Shown here: positions 26,490 through 40,161 of the stretch, piece by piece
Position numbering within the stretch: the stretch's first letter is position 1
Layout of the letters: each line of letters starts with the position of its first letter
From: Hamiltosporidium tvaerminnensis FI-OER-3-3
Lineage: Eukaryota > Fungi > Microsporidia
Direction: 5' to 3'
NCBI GenBank assembly: GCA_022605425.2
Contig: JAKIMF020000001.1
Location: 682,001-746,000 of the forward strand
DNA length: 64,000 nt
Notes under the pieces: generated by a model
Seen by the model: the letters and a program-made list of their open reading frames with translations, nothing else
What the model was told of the DNA's origin: nothing
The model's database searches: none
Translations under genes and position numbers: made by a program

Positions 26490-29400
26490 GTTTAGCTGGA
26501 AAACTACCAAAAATATCGTTTTGTTTTACAACTGTACGAATATTTTTGTTAATAAATAAAAATTTTAGTAGTTTTGTCCTTAAATTTTCAAGAATTTTGT
26601 AAAAAAAACTGTAAATATATTTTTTTATTTAAATTATATCATAGCTTAAAAATCATTTTGTATTATGGAATAAAATGACTTAATTTTTGGATAAAGCACG
26701 ATTATTAAACAAAAAATACTTGGATCAATATAAAAAATATATTATAAAATACTTAAAATCTTTTTGGTATAGATAATATGAAACAATACATTTTGGTAGT
26801 TAATAAGCTCCTTACCTCGAAATTGCAAATTCGCTTTAATATTATAGCATTAAGGAATTAAAAACATCAATTACAGAAATTTCCAAGGCAGATGGTTAAT
26901 AATTTAAGTTTATGACATATGTGAAGTTATTTTATTAGTCGCAAAAAGAACGTTTGATACATTCCTGTCAAATTTTAATTTGATCATTTTCATAAAAAAA
27001 TAAAAAAAATATTTTATAGCAATAGATTTCTTCTTTATTTAAAAAAGAATACACTTTCAATTTTTTTCGCTTTTTATAATCATTTTTATATGACATATCA
27101 ATTATTTTTTTATCAAGTCAAAATGAATATATTATATCAATTTTTTTTTACATATTTATCAGATTATAATTTATTTTGAGTTAAGTTATCGTATAATAAC
27201 ATGTCATTTAGCATTTGTTTTGCTTATTTCAAAATTTAAATATTTTTAATAATTTCGAAGCAATGTTTATAGTCCCTAAGAATATTCTATTAGACATTAA
27301 TTTCAATTATACATCCATTTTTTTTATAGAAACACACAGATGTATCAAAAGCCGTTTTGTAGTTTTGTATATAGCTATTTGTAAAGTCGTAAAGGTTACA
27401 CATGCTGAGATATTCCTGTTATTTTGGTAATTAAATAGTATATGCATCGATGTTAGCTTTCCGATTCCTTTTTTCTAGCTTTAAAAAAATGCTCTTTCTT
27501 TTAAATAAGGAATATGTTCGTATAATTTAAAAGATTTTAAGGGTATATTTGAAACATTCTTATCAGATATCTTATATTATTATATTATTATTGATGTTTT
27601 TATCTAGAACTATTAAAAGTTAATGTACATTTGATTTTCAAATATTAATTTAAAGCATTTTTATATTCTATTTCTTAAAAATATTCGTTAAATAAAAACT
27701 TTTTTCTGAAAATCAAAAAATTAATGATTTATAAATTTAAATAAATAAACTTGTTTTTTTGATGCTTATTTAAAAACGATGAATTATTTTAAAATAAATT
27801 TCATTTGCTGATTATTCAAAAAGCTTCAACTATGCACTATTGTAGAAACCAAAATAATATTTTTCAATGCTTAAACGTTTCACTCACTTAATCACTGGAA
27901 GACCGGTCCTTTAACAGACTATCTCTCTTTCGTTTATACGTAGGTTACGCAGATTTTTTTATTAAATAATCACACAGCCATGAAGTTTGGGGGGGGGGGA
28001 AACCTGGAAGTCGTCGACGTTCAAGTTTGCATATGTACACATTTTACACATGGGCTTCTGGTGTTCGTTTAAGACACTTAGCCAACAGAGTCTTATTTTT
28101 TTAAAACTGTCAACTAAACCAGGATTATTATATAGCTCATATAAGTTTTGAATTGGTTAATTTTATAGACAAAATATATTTATACCAATGTAAATTGATC
28201 GGTTTTGTGATGGTTTAATTTCTGTTTATGTTTAAAATATATGTTTAGAAAACTTTTTAAAATTTGAGTAAATTCATTGAATATTTGAGCAAAAATCAAA
28301 GGTATTTTTCTTGACCTTTTACAGTATTGTATTCAATATTGAGCAAATCAAGCATCTTTTTAAATAAAAAATTTGAACAAAATTTTTTTCGCGATTAGAT
28401 ATAATCATATTGTGAATGTGCTTTTTAAAAAAGTAAGCACTTCTCTTTATAAACTTTATGCTTAGGACTTTAATACTTTCTGGAAACATCAATAATATAA
28501 TATTCAAACATTATCATGCTAGATCTTAATGTTTTAATGTATATATTTTCAATATATTTAATCGGTTGTAAAATAATTTTATCTATCAAATTTTTTATTT
28601 AACGATGTTATAAATGTGAAATAATGTTTTGATTTTATCTTAACATTTTCGAATGTAAACAAACGATATAGAATTTTCTTAAGTCAATATTATCAGCTAT
28701 AAATTCAGTTGATTCTTTTGTTCAATTTATGATTAAAAAATATTTTTATCATTTTAAACTAATTATATTTGGAAATTCAAATCAATTTACTAAATATATA
28801 TAAATGATGAATCAATAAATTCAAATATTAAAAAGTATTCAAATTACGATAAAACAATTAAATACTACGATAAAAACCTTTTATTACAGTATTAGTAATC
28901 TTTGTCTTCAAATTATGTTGTTTCGTTCGAGTTAAACTCTATTCTAGCAGCACTCAATTTGATCTAAAACACCATTAATTCTACTATATGCATGATATTT
29001 AAATAAATTATGATGTTATAAAAACTATTATAAATAAATATACTTTGCTATTTACAGACCAACTGTTAAATTTATAAAAAAAATAGAATACTAAAATACA
29101 GTATTTATAAATCATACCGTAAAAAAAAAATAGAATACTAAGAAATATCTGTATAAGTCATTTTTATTCCACGGTAACAAAAATTTAAATTAATTTATAA
29201 AAATTACTATTTAAATGAAGTGATATTCTAGAACTTAATTATTCTAAATTGATATATAATTATATGTTTTAAATTAATTTCAAAATATTTAAATTTGAAG
29301 TGTATTCTAGAATTCAGAATTTATATTGAAATTTATATTAAAATATTTTAAAATAATTTTATTTCACAAAATTTTATTTTTAAATCTTTTTTGATAAAAA

Positions 29401-31199
29401 TTTTGAACGAAAATGGTTAAATTGTTATAGAAAATTCAATATAAGTTTATTTTAATTTACTCTTTAAAGAAATTTTTCAGAAAAATCATTTATTTCCTTT
29501 TAAGTATATTAAATCATTGTGTATTATGAATTGCAATTATGATGCATTTACAAATATTTGATATAAAAAAAAACAAGAAATCTTGACTTTTTGAAAACTT
29601 ATAAATACTATGCCGAGAAAATTTAAATTTATCGTAAATTTGAAGAAATTAGCGGTTTAATAGGTTGAAATCTACATTTTAACATCAAGTCATTTTTTTA
29701 TTTAATTCTTTTTTTACGAAAATCTTTACAGAAAAATACATTTAAAACGATGAAAGTATTACATTTCAAAAATTATTGTGTTCAAAAAAAAAGAATATAT
29801 GATATAACTAAGAAAGCCCGAGATATTGCGAATATATAATTAAAAGACATATTCCCTTTATTTTTGATTCATTTTTTGAAAACATAAGTTTTTAATTTAT
29901 CAGTGATTATTTCGAATCAATTAATAAAAAATTTGGTTTGCTTTTAAAATCTCAAATTTTTAATTTTATGACGTAGTAACGCTTTTAAAAAACATTTCAT
30001 AGCTATCAAAATAGCTGTAAATATATAAATACATTTCAAAATCATTACGGACACTTTTAAAAAATTTTAGTATCATGTATCACTGGTGATCTATAATTAG
30101 GATATATTTAAAACTGTTTGGCATATACTTAGCTACATTTTTGATAAATTTTTACACAAATAAAGTTTAGTTCACAGTTTCAATAACTGTGAATGATTTG
30201 TCACAGTGCTAAGAACTCTTTTTAAAAAAACCCATTCCGCTATATCATATAAAAATTTAAAAATAAACAGCTGGCTTATGTAAATAAAATTCGAATTAAG
30301 TTTTTGAGTTGTTTTAATGATGATAATATATATTTTTGTAACAACTTTGAATCATATAAATATATCTAATGCATCAATATATAATATTCAAATTAGAAGA
30401 TAGACTCTATGTATGGTATTAAATAACATGTTAAATATAGGCAAGGATGTAAAATACAATGGTTTACTTCGAATATAATTAGGTAAAGTATACAATGTAA
30501 TGGTTTAAACTTTATATTTCAGCAACACATGCACAGCATAAAATGTTAATGAAAACATAACTTGAATAAAAAAATTGAAAGTCGATGAAGTCATTAGATT
30601 CTGCTATATTGCGCTTCATGTTTTGCGGCTTCGCTCTATCAGGTCTATTTTTTTGCCATGGCTCGAATTCTTATTCTTTATCATTGCAACATATTTGGTC
30701 CTTCTCACTTCGGTTCTTCTGATATACCTTTCCATTTTGCATTAAAAGAAATAAAGCATTTTTTCTAAAAGTTTGCGATTTTTAAGAAATTGAATTTAAG
30801 CTCTATAAAAGCTAAAAAAGAACCGTTTTTTCTATGGCCTCTTAGGCATAGTTTTGTTGTCTGAGAAAAATTCTTAACATACTGGAGAGTATTAGATTTT
30901 TAGATATAATCAAAAATAGCAAGAAAGTCTTAGAGTTAACAAGTTTTTGCGACATAAATTTTTCTTCTATCTGCCGTCTCCAAAAAAGAGTAAAAAATAT
31001 TTGGAACGGCATCTATAAAACATAACTAGGATGCGAAATAACAGGTGACGAGCGTAATATGTTCATGTAAAAAAACTTTTTGCCTGTCGTTTTTATTCAC
31101 GAAGTTTACAAGAAAAATTCGCTCTGTTTCGATAGGAATCTGATGAATCAGGGTAGATCTATCCGCATTCTGCTGAAGAGAAACTCTAGCTAGTATATA

Positions 31200-32300
31200 C
31201 TTCTGTATCTTCCTTTAATTTCACGGATACAAAGGAGTGGTTGAAGGAGAACTATAAAGTGCAAAATGCCGTGCTCTACGAAGAAACGGTTTCTGATGAC
31301 TAACTGACAGGAGAGAACCACTTAAAAAATACTTTCTGAAATATTATTTAGGCGAACGAGTATCATTCAATGGGTGTTAAATATAAACGAAATAAAACTG
31401 TTCTGGAAAAAATCCTTTCAGAATGTTTATTTTAAAAATGAAACCAAGGTGCGTGGCTTTATGACGTTTAAGTTTTATGCCAAACTAATTATTGGCAGAA
31501 ATTCGTAAAAAAAATGTTAGATCGATCCTTATCTCAAGGTCAAAGATTTTAAAGGCTTAAAAAGGCAACTTTACGTTATCAAGTGCAACGGAAGCAAAAA
31601 AATAGAAAGTCTGTACCCAAGAAGCATTGCTTCGGGACAGTATATAAGTGCCTGTTTTCCAATAGAGTTACATTTTAAAGAGAAGGTGTCGCGAATTTAA
31701 ATAGTTCTTCGCATGATAATGCCCATTTTCCACGTGCAGGTTCATCTTACTATAGTATCAGGGTCAGATTACATTCTTAAATGCCAATTAATTGGTTAGA
31801 GCTTTAGAGTTCGCTGTTTTTCGCACCTATGAGGCTCTGTAAGAGTATAAACCATTATACACATTGTCGAAGCTGCGATATATGGAAATTATTTTTCTAA
31901 AAAATACTTGCAGGCGTATATTCTCATAATCTGGCCAAGGAAAATAGGTTAATTAGAATTCAAGCAGGGTAAAGATGGCGAAGCCTAGCTAAAAGAACTT
32001 GAGTATATATTTTTCTATGAATTTAAACCACACCAGGAAAGAATTCACAAAGTCTGGATTGGATAACAACATGCGTCTAACATGAATGCTTTAATTTTTG
32101 TGGGTTCCAGCATCTTACCGAAATCGTGCATTGGGTTTTGTTGTTCTTTCATATATTTTGGATTGTAGAAATCTATTAGAACTAGTTAGGTCGTAAAATA
32201 AAAGACGGCAGAGGGCTTGGGATTTCTTTGGGTTTTCATCGAACATTATTAAGACAACTAACAATAATATATGGTAAAAAATCAAGGATGTTTAGGATTG
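31200..32300 (+). pseudogene. Possible very old non-LTR RT relic
   Basis: GC-richer island with faint ordered remnants: NSSSHD (cf. DSVSH), LRYMEIIFL (cf. LRYADDIVL) and DGRGLGI. No intact frame. Confidence 0.25.
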
Positions 32301-33799
32301 GATTTAAGAAAATAATTAAGAAACGATTCTGCATTAAAGTCTAGAGTTAGCTTCGAAGAGCCAAAAAACTATTTAAATTTACATTTTAAAATTAAAGAGG
32401 CCGTTCTGGATGTGGATCTTAACTTTTTTCATTTCTGTACGTACAAAACCTCAGTCTAGTTTTGGTCTCTTGGTAGAAATGGGTGATCAATCAATTGCGC
32501 AATACATTTACTAAAGTATTTCGTAGGTTATTGCCTATTCAGAGAAACTATATATAGTAATATCTTAAATAAATAATAAAATATGTAAAATAATGATATA
32601 CAATGGATTAAAAATAATTTTAACTTTCAATATGCTTTAGTTTTTCTTGCATGGTCTACAAATTGAAGAATAGATGTAATGGCGACTAAAAAAATGCGTT
32701 TTATACTCAAGAAGCACAAAAAGTATATTAAAAAAATGATTTCGAAGGTATACAACAAATAATCTACATGCTAACTTTAAACCTATTTTCTTAAATATAT
32801 GAAAACCTTCTTCGCAATTCATTTCTCGTGTTGGACTTGGAATCATTTGACAGCAAAAACTAGAATTCAAATTATATGGTTTTTTTTTAACAATACAAAT
32901 AATGTATAAAGTATGTCTTGATTTTTTTTTATATTTTTTCGACTAGAAAAATGCATAATTTAACTACTTTGATATGTTAACTTCTTAGCAGCATTACACT
33001 TTTACGATATTTTCATGTGCAAACATGTTGTAATTAATGTAGTAAATGTAATAAATCTAATCCTTTAATATATGCGAATATGTTATTCAAAATAGCACTG
33101 GTTGCTAAAAATTTATCTTATTGTGACCAGGTTTTCAGAGGAATAATAGTTTAAAAGAGAATTTAAATAACTTAGCAATACAATTTTATCAAACGAGTTA
33201 AAAATATTTATCTGTAATGAATTATGAACTGATCTAAAATAGCATTACAACAGAACTGGGAATTAATGATGCATAAAACCAATCATAAAAGGTGCCAATT
33301 GTTACTATAATATCGGAAAAAGACACTTGGAAATCAAAACAAGAAATTTTACTGTACTGCAGGCAAATGAATCATAGTAACAACCAAATTGTAATTCAGT
33401 CTCGCAAGGAGTCTAAAATATTCAAATGTTTTCCTTTTTTAATAAGAAAAGTTAAATAATCATAATGACTAAAACTGTTTTAAGATAGATTAGGATTTAG
33501 AAATATATTTGGTGTCAAGACTTTAATATTATTTCTATCATTAAACTCCTAGAAATTAAATTATTCAATCAAAATAAAAAAGATATCAGATTTAAAATTT
33601 TCGATTGTCTCTTTCTCAAGCCAACATTAAAACATTAATCAGAATCGAAACTATAAGGTGGTGTATGCTTTTAATAGCTAAAATATTAAAGCATGAGAGA
33701 TGAGGAATAAAATTTATACAATTTCTATACCATAAAAACATTGAAATGTTTAAAGAAAGTGAAGGATTTAAGCTTAAAAACTTTTGAATTTATTATATT

Positions 33800-34560
33800 A
33801 TATAGCAGGTATTTAAAAAAAATTTAAAATACAAATAATATTTTATTATGAATCAAATAGGTGAGAGTTAATACTGAACATATGTAGGGTAAAAAAATTT
33901 TAGATACGTGATGTTGCAGTGTTCGGCTATATACAGAATATAGTTTATTATGAGACAGAAAACGAGGTTAAACATTGCAACAACTCAGCTAAAATCAGAG
34001 CATTTAGAGAATTATATTATCTTGCGTGTCTATGCATGATTACATCCGACGAAATAATGAAGTGACTAGATTTTTACATTTACTCTTTTTATATCGAAAC
34101 AAATTTGTGTAAATACGAACTTGTAGTCCCTCATTTCAATAAATTCCAAAATGAGAATGTGGATATTGAGTTGATCTCAGACTAAAAACATACGTTGAGA
34201 TTCAGCCTAATAGACTCGATTTATTTATGTAATATAATAGTAAAAATGAGATAACACTTATTTGAGAGAGAATTAGTCCCATTATCATTTCAAATAGTTG
34301 AAACTGAGAAACTAGGATATATGACATATAAGCTAATGGGATAAGGTCTTATTTAAAAATTTATAGTGGAAACAATTTCTTTTGTTATAACGAAGGACGT
34401 TATAATTGAAAAAGAACATAGAATTATTCAAAAGACTCAAATACCTACAAATTTGAACTCAAACATTTATTCGATAGTGTTTTAATATATAGTAGAGACA
34501 ACATTATTTTTTCGAAGAATAACAATTGAGTCTAAACCAAAAGCCAAAAGAGTTAGGAAT
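33800..34560 (+). pseudogene. Decayed 3' part of an RLE retrotransposon
   Basis: Remnants AVFGYIQ, HCNNS, HDYIRRNNEVTRFLHLL, VDLRLKTYVEIQPNRLDLF and QIVETEKL match the 5921-6847 region. Confidence 0.75.
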
Positions 34561-34827
34561 GAGCGTCATTGGGTGTTATTAAATGAAATAAAACGTATAA
34601 ATAACGAACCCATGCTTTATAGTAGGCCTTTATTTGAAAAAAATGTATTAAACAAGAAAAAAGCCATAAAATACTGTCAAATTCAGAACGAAAAACCCCG
34701 CCAAAGAAGCGAAAATAAATATAAACGAATATTTGAATTTCAAAGAGCATAGTATTATGTTTAATGCCGCAGATGAAAATACATAAAAGTATGAAAAGGC
34801 TTTTTTAACCTAGAATTTCATACTTTT

Positions 34828-35045
34828 TTACATATTCTATTTCTCTTTTACCTCTCGGTTTCAGGAATGAACAAGTGTAAATATTCTAATTGCTTCTTTT
34901 GATCTTTTATAATTCGGGATTATAAAGAATCGCCTATAGATCCAATGGGGCTAATATCTCACTAAAATGTCTACAATGATCTTCACAACAATTTCACACA
35001 CTCATTGCTAACTGGATAGTTTTTATGTAATTATCCTTTCTAAAC
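34828..35045 (-). repeat. Short SINE-like repeat, family S copy 1
   Basis: Aligns with 37921-38148 and 39228-39460. Its 5' head (GATAATTACATAAAAAC..AGCAATGAGTGTGTGAAA..GATCATTG) is shared with family L. Confidence 0.75.
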
Positions 35046-35149
35046 TACAGAAATAACATAAATAACTTAATGCTTAAATTTTCTTGCTAGTTTTTCCACG
35101 ATTTATAAAGATTCCTCTTTTTACAATCATTTAGGTTATCTATAAAATA

Positions 35150-35620
35150 TATTATGAAAAAAAACAACTAAATATTGTTCTCTAATTCCAAACATAACCA
35201 GATTAATCTAATGGAGCAAATATATACACACGGTTTTTTATTCAACTTGCCATTAAGAACTTTGACCTGAAGCCTAATTTAATTTTAATAAGATCAATTA
35301 ATTCCCTTCTTTGTCTCATAATATGTTCTTTATTTGCAATACCTTGCTAAATTCCATACCATTAAATTTCAATTTTTTTTAAACTTTATTACCTTAATAA
35401 ATATCAAGAAAGCTATACAGCTTATCTTAATACACTCTGGCAGCATTTACTCATTTTTTCAAAGAAAATTTCACATCTAAATTTTCTACTTTTCAAATGT
35501 TGTTTATTAAGTAAAGCAAATTTAAAATAATTAAATCAAAAAATGTACTTTAGATTTTACTTCACGATCTCAAATGGCTATGTTAAAGCACCAAAGGAAT
35601 AAATATTTTTTTCTTGCTCC
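35150..35620 (-). pseudogene. Possible decayed RT fragment
   Basis: Faint remnants of a PL..F segment, a KLY following a degenerate YxDD site, and GMEF..CK, in RT order. Confidence 0.25.
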
Positions 35621-36138
35621 AAAGTATACTTTTATTGTATTTATTTAAGAGTATATTGGTTAATAAATTTAGGAGATGAAGAAAAAGCTTAAAAAAATAT
35701 TCAACAAGTACCAAGAAAATTTTATTTACCCAAAATATGAAATAAAATATTATTTATGTATAAAAAAAACTAAAATATATTTATTTCTTTAAATTTAGAT
35801 CTAATTTTTAGGAGATTAAAATGAAATTTATAATTTCAAGATTTTGACTCAGTTCTCTTCTGTAAGTAATTTATTCTTTGATTTAGCTTTTGCACTGAAT
35901 AATATTACTAGCACATTGTATCATTGCTCTTTTTAAAATTTTATTAGAATTCTGCATCAAAAAAACGATTGAATTAATGTATGAACACCGAATAAATACC
36001 AATCTATTTCGAAAATGTAAATTTTCAAATCTAGAGTATATATTTAATCCCAAAACATAAACACTAAAATATTTTAAAAAGATTTTTTTAATTATTTTGA
36101 AACAAATTTATTATTTTTTTTAAAACCTCACCCCACAG

Positions 36139-37121
36139 ATGACAACCTATAGTTATGAGGAGGTTTATGAAATCTTAAAAAATGGATGTGATAAACCGGC
36201 TGACTTGAATTTTGATGAAATGATAATGTTGGATCATCCAGAAGAGCCTCATATTTACAAAAAACTCACCGAAAGTGAGGAAATTGCATATAAAGATAAG
36301 AAGTATGGGATTTCATCGTTTATACCAAAAAAGGCGCCTAATTATAAACGAAGACAAGACAATGCGGCATTTAACGATGAATCTGTTTGGAATGTTGATT
36401 TAACCAGCGAAACATCGGGTTCTTTTGATGCAAAAGGAATGTTTATTGCTTCTAAGGCGGTAGAAGATATTTCATTTGAAAATTTAGACTGTTGTTGGCT
36501 ATTGAAAGATTCAAATAAAAAGATTTTGGGACCTTTTGTTTCTAACGAAATGGAAGAAAAAATGAAAAATAATTTGTTAGACAATTTTTATTTGAAAAGA
36601 GAATGCGATAAAATTTTCTTGCCATTTGTTACATTGAAAGAGAAATTTAGCAATCCTTTTACTGTTGAAAAAAATATTGTAGATAATTTTTTTACTGAAA
36701 GTGAACTCCAACAAAACCTTAAAACTTTGAAAATTTCTGACAAAAACGAACAAACTCCTAAAAAAAAACCTGCGAAAAATATTGTGAAAAAAGAAAAAAA
36801 TATTGAAGATGAACTTTCTGAATCAGAAATTAAAAAAATATTAGAAAATTGTAAAAAATCACAAAACTTTTTGATTAAACGTAATGTAAAGATTGGATTA
36901 GGATGAAATACGTTCCAATCTTATTAAAATGAAAAAAGAAATGGGATTGAGTTGGTTAGGCTAGAACTACCTCTATGAATAATATTGAATGTAATGATTT
37001 TCTTGAGTTGCTAATAGAAGAGTCCAAAATAAGAATATGTTTAGATATAGATAAAGATGGTTTTCTTATTATAAACGAGACTGATTTTAAATCTAAAAAA
37101 ACACCGAAAGGACGGGTATAA
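36139..37121 (+). CDS. GYF-domain protein (Smy2/GIGYF-like), with two apparent +1 insertions
   Basis: WLLKDSNKKILGPF..EM is a GYF-type motif, and CCCCACAG precedes the ATG. Removing one G at 36901-36902 and one at 36959-36960 gives a continuous 326 aa ORF ending ...CLDIDKDGFLIINETDFKSKKTPKGRV*. Confidence 0.75.
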
Positions 37122-37920
37122 AATGTTTTTTTTATTAAAGTAGCTGTCCTGGTTTTGTTATGTGTTCTTCTTTTGTATTATTATTTAAAATACTTTATAT
37201 TAATATTCATGTTCCCTGATCTATTTTTTTCGTTTCAATTGTTAAAAAAATTTACTTTCATATTATTAGTTTCTTTAATCCGAAAATTGGTTTTTATACT
37301 ATATTGGGTTTTATTTATCAGAATAAATATTAAAATTCTAATTTTGGAATGAAAAATTACATTGAAACAAAATATTTCTTCATATATCTTTAATAGAAAT
37401 TTCAATCAAAATTTTTTAGATTTAAAATGATATATTTTTTCTTAGAAATTCAAAGAATAAAAAATTAAAATTAAACCGTAAATTTTAATATTTGAGTTAA
37501 CATTTACTTTATATTCATGTGAAATAATTTTAATATAACCAATAATATCTTTATAATAATAATTTATAGTCAAATAGTATATTTTCAAAAATATTACATA
37601 TATTTTACGACCCATGTAATAATAAAAACTTAAATTTTAATAGAACTGATTGTTTCATAATAATATGTTAGACATAATTTTAGGCTTGGAAAACGATTAA
37701 AAAAAGTCTTCTTATTCAAACCTTTAGATATTAAAAAATCTAAATATATTAAATGGAAGGTTTTTAGATATAAATTGAATTAATTTATTCCTTTGGTTTT
37801 TTCTCTCAAGAAATAACTCATATTTAAGAATATAGACTACATATTATAATTTTACTGGCTTATAAGAAATATATATTCTTAAATACAGTGAAATTTTTTA
37901 TGCAGAGATCATTGTTTTTA

Positions 37921-38148
37921 CTTATTACTTACATGTTTCCTTCTTTTTTACCTCTCGGTATTGAGGACGAACAAATTGAAGTTTTTCATTTGTTTCTTCT
38001 AATCTTTTCGAACTCGGGATTATAGGGGATTGGCCCATTTATCCTGTGTTGCTTATATCCCACCACAATTGCAGCAATGATTTTAATACGAATTGTACAC
38101 ACTCATTGCCAAATAGAAAGTTTTTAATGTGGTTATTCAACCCCCACC
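37921..38148 (-). repeat. Short SINE-like repeat, family S copy 2
   Basis: Aligns with the other S copies. Flanked by TCATTGTTTTT (37909-37919) and TCATTATTTTT (38151-38161), a 10/11 TSD-like pair. Confidence 0.8.
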
Positions 38149-38669
38149 TTTCATTATTTTTGAACAGATTAAAATTTAATTCAAACAATATATTTCAAAA
38201 TCAAATATGAAATACACATGTAAATCTTACTTTATAGAACCAGAATTACCCGATAAATAATATTTGAAAACGTTATAATTTCTTGTTTTTTCAATATCAC
38301 AAATTTTATATATAAAAAAGTTAATTCTCACCTGAAAAAAATAGTTTATTTTTATTATTTGTTGATCTTAAATTAATCAAAATTTTATGAAAAGTTATTC
38401 TTTATAGATAATATATTGTTTTGTGTGATAAAATATACATATTTTTGTCTAATAAAACTTGCAGGAGACTAATTAAAGTAAAATTACATATCTAGGAAAT
38501 ACATGGTTTTAAAATATTACAATAAATTTTTATCGAATGAAGATCCTTAGAAGTATATAATATTCATATGTTCCTCGAATTTGTATTGGTAAAACCAAAT
38601 TTTAAATTTCTTTTTCACAACATCAAATCTTAAAAATAAGATTAAATTTATTTGCTAACTTTTCAAATT

Positions 38670-38897
38670 TCCCCACCATACCGGGAGAAGAATTCACTTG
38701 AGTATTCTCTGCGTGTAGTGTGAAACGACTTAAAGAGACTGGCTCTCCGGGTTGAACGTAGAGCTAGAACCCATCTTTTAAAACCACCTTGTTACGAAAC
38801 CTAAAAATGTAAACGAACCCACTAGAAAAAGAAAGTGGGTGGTATTACCGAGGGCGGCCAAGACTCGTGCAGGGCTGTAGTGTTGATAATGAATGAA
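38670..38897 (+). mobile_element. Short non-autonomous RTE-related element
   Basis: The 3' end GGCCAAGACTCGTGCAGGGCTGTAGTGTTGATAATGAATGAA resembles RTE LINE termini (GGCCAAG..GGGCTGTAG.GCC plus a short-repeat tail). The 5' part CTCTGCGTGT..CGACT.AAAGAG and GGGTTG..GAGCTA..ACCC resembles RTE 5' UTRs. No ORF. Confidence 0.6.
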
Positions 38898-39227
38898 CTA
38901 TGTATTCATTTATAGCAATTTAATTTGCCCTATACAAGCAAATATTTTATTGAAGAGTAAAACATTTTTCGACAAACCTAAATCAAATTTATAAACAATT
39001 GAATACCTGATTAAGTAAAATTTTAATAAGAAAAAAATCATTTGTGCTATAGAAAAACATAAAAATTTGATATGATTGAGCTAAGATCTAAAATATGAAT
39101 GAAATAAGTTAGAACATCCGTAGGATTACTATTTTGACAGAAATTTTTACAAATTTATACACATTTATTATTTTTGCTGTTATGTATGTCTCAATCTGAA
39201 GATATTATTAAATTGGATAATTATAGG

Positions 39228-39460
39228 TAAGTTGAGAGAAGATAACCACATTAAAAACCATTTGATTAGCAATGAGTCTGCGAATTTGAAGGCAACCATA
39301 ATTTTTGAAATTGTTTTGAGATATAACTCACGCTCGAATTTAGGCCGATCCCCTATAATTCCGAGTTATAACAAGTTAAAAGAAACAAATAGAAAGCTCT
39401 CAGTTATTCATCCTAGACACCCAGAAATAAAAAAAGAATGGAATAAGTATGTAGGTAAGA
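39228..39460 (+). repeat. Short SINE-like repeat, family S copy 3
   Basis: Aligns with the other S copies. Exact 11 bp flanking direct repeat ATAATTATAGG (39217-39227 and 39461-39471). Confidence 0.8.
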
Positions 39461-40161
39461 ATAATTATAGGCTTTTATATACATAAGATATGGGCATAAA
39501 GAATAACGATAAGATTGTTGAAATATAAATTTTCTGACTTGCTATCAAATTCTTGTAAGCTATTTTAATAGTTATTTCAAATTTTAACCAATTTACCTAC
39601 TTAATTTATATGCAAGTCTTGAGATGAAATAACTAAAAACAACATCAAATATATCTACAAATTTATAACTTATATATAGATATACATTCCGTTATAATTC
39701 TCAGTTTTTTTTTGTATTTTTTATATTTCGTTAATTTCACCACAGTAATTTATACGAAAAATATTAATCTAATATAGAAACACAAAAAAAACGAAAAACA
39801 ATCAAAAATCGATTTTAGTTGGCGTTTGTTATTTATTCGTAAGTTTAACTTTAAAATTTTTATAAAAATTTAATACTTTTGAGTGTTTATTTAAAAAATT
39901 TTAAACAAATTTTTTCTTAAATATATTGTATTTTGTTGTAAAAATGAATAAAAATTGGTTTGAATTAGATATTATAATAGATTTAAACTACAAACTCTGT
40001 TATTACTGTCTTGTTTTATAAATTAACTAAAAAAATTTTAATTGACATTCAAACATTGGTATAAAATATCATAAAGGAATATCAAAATAAAAAAAATTGA
40101 TATTCTTGCTACTAAAATAAACTGGCAAACCAAAAAAATATTTGCTTTAAACACAAGAATC

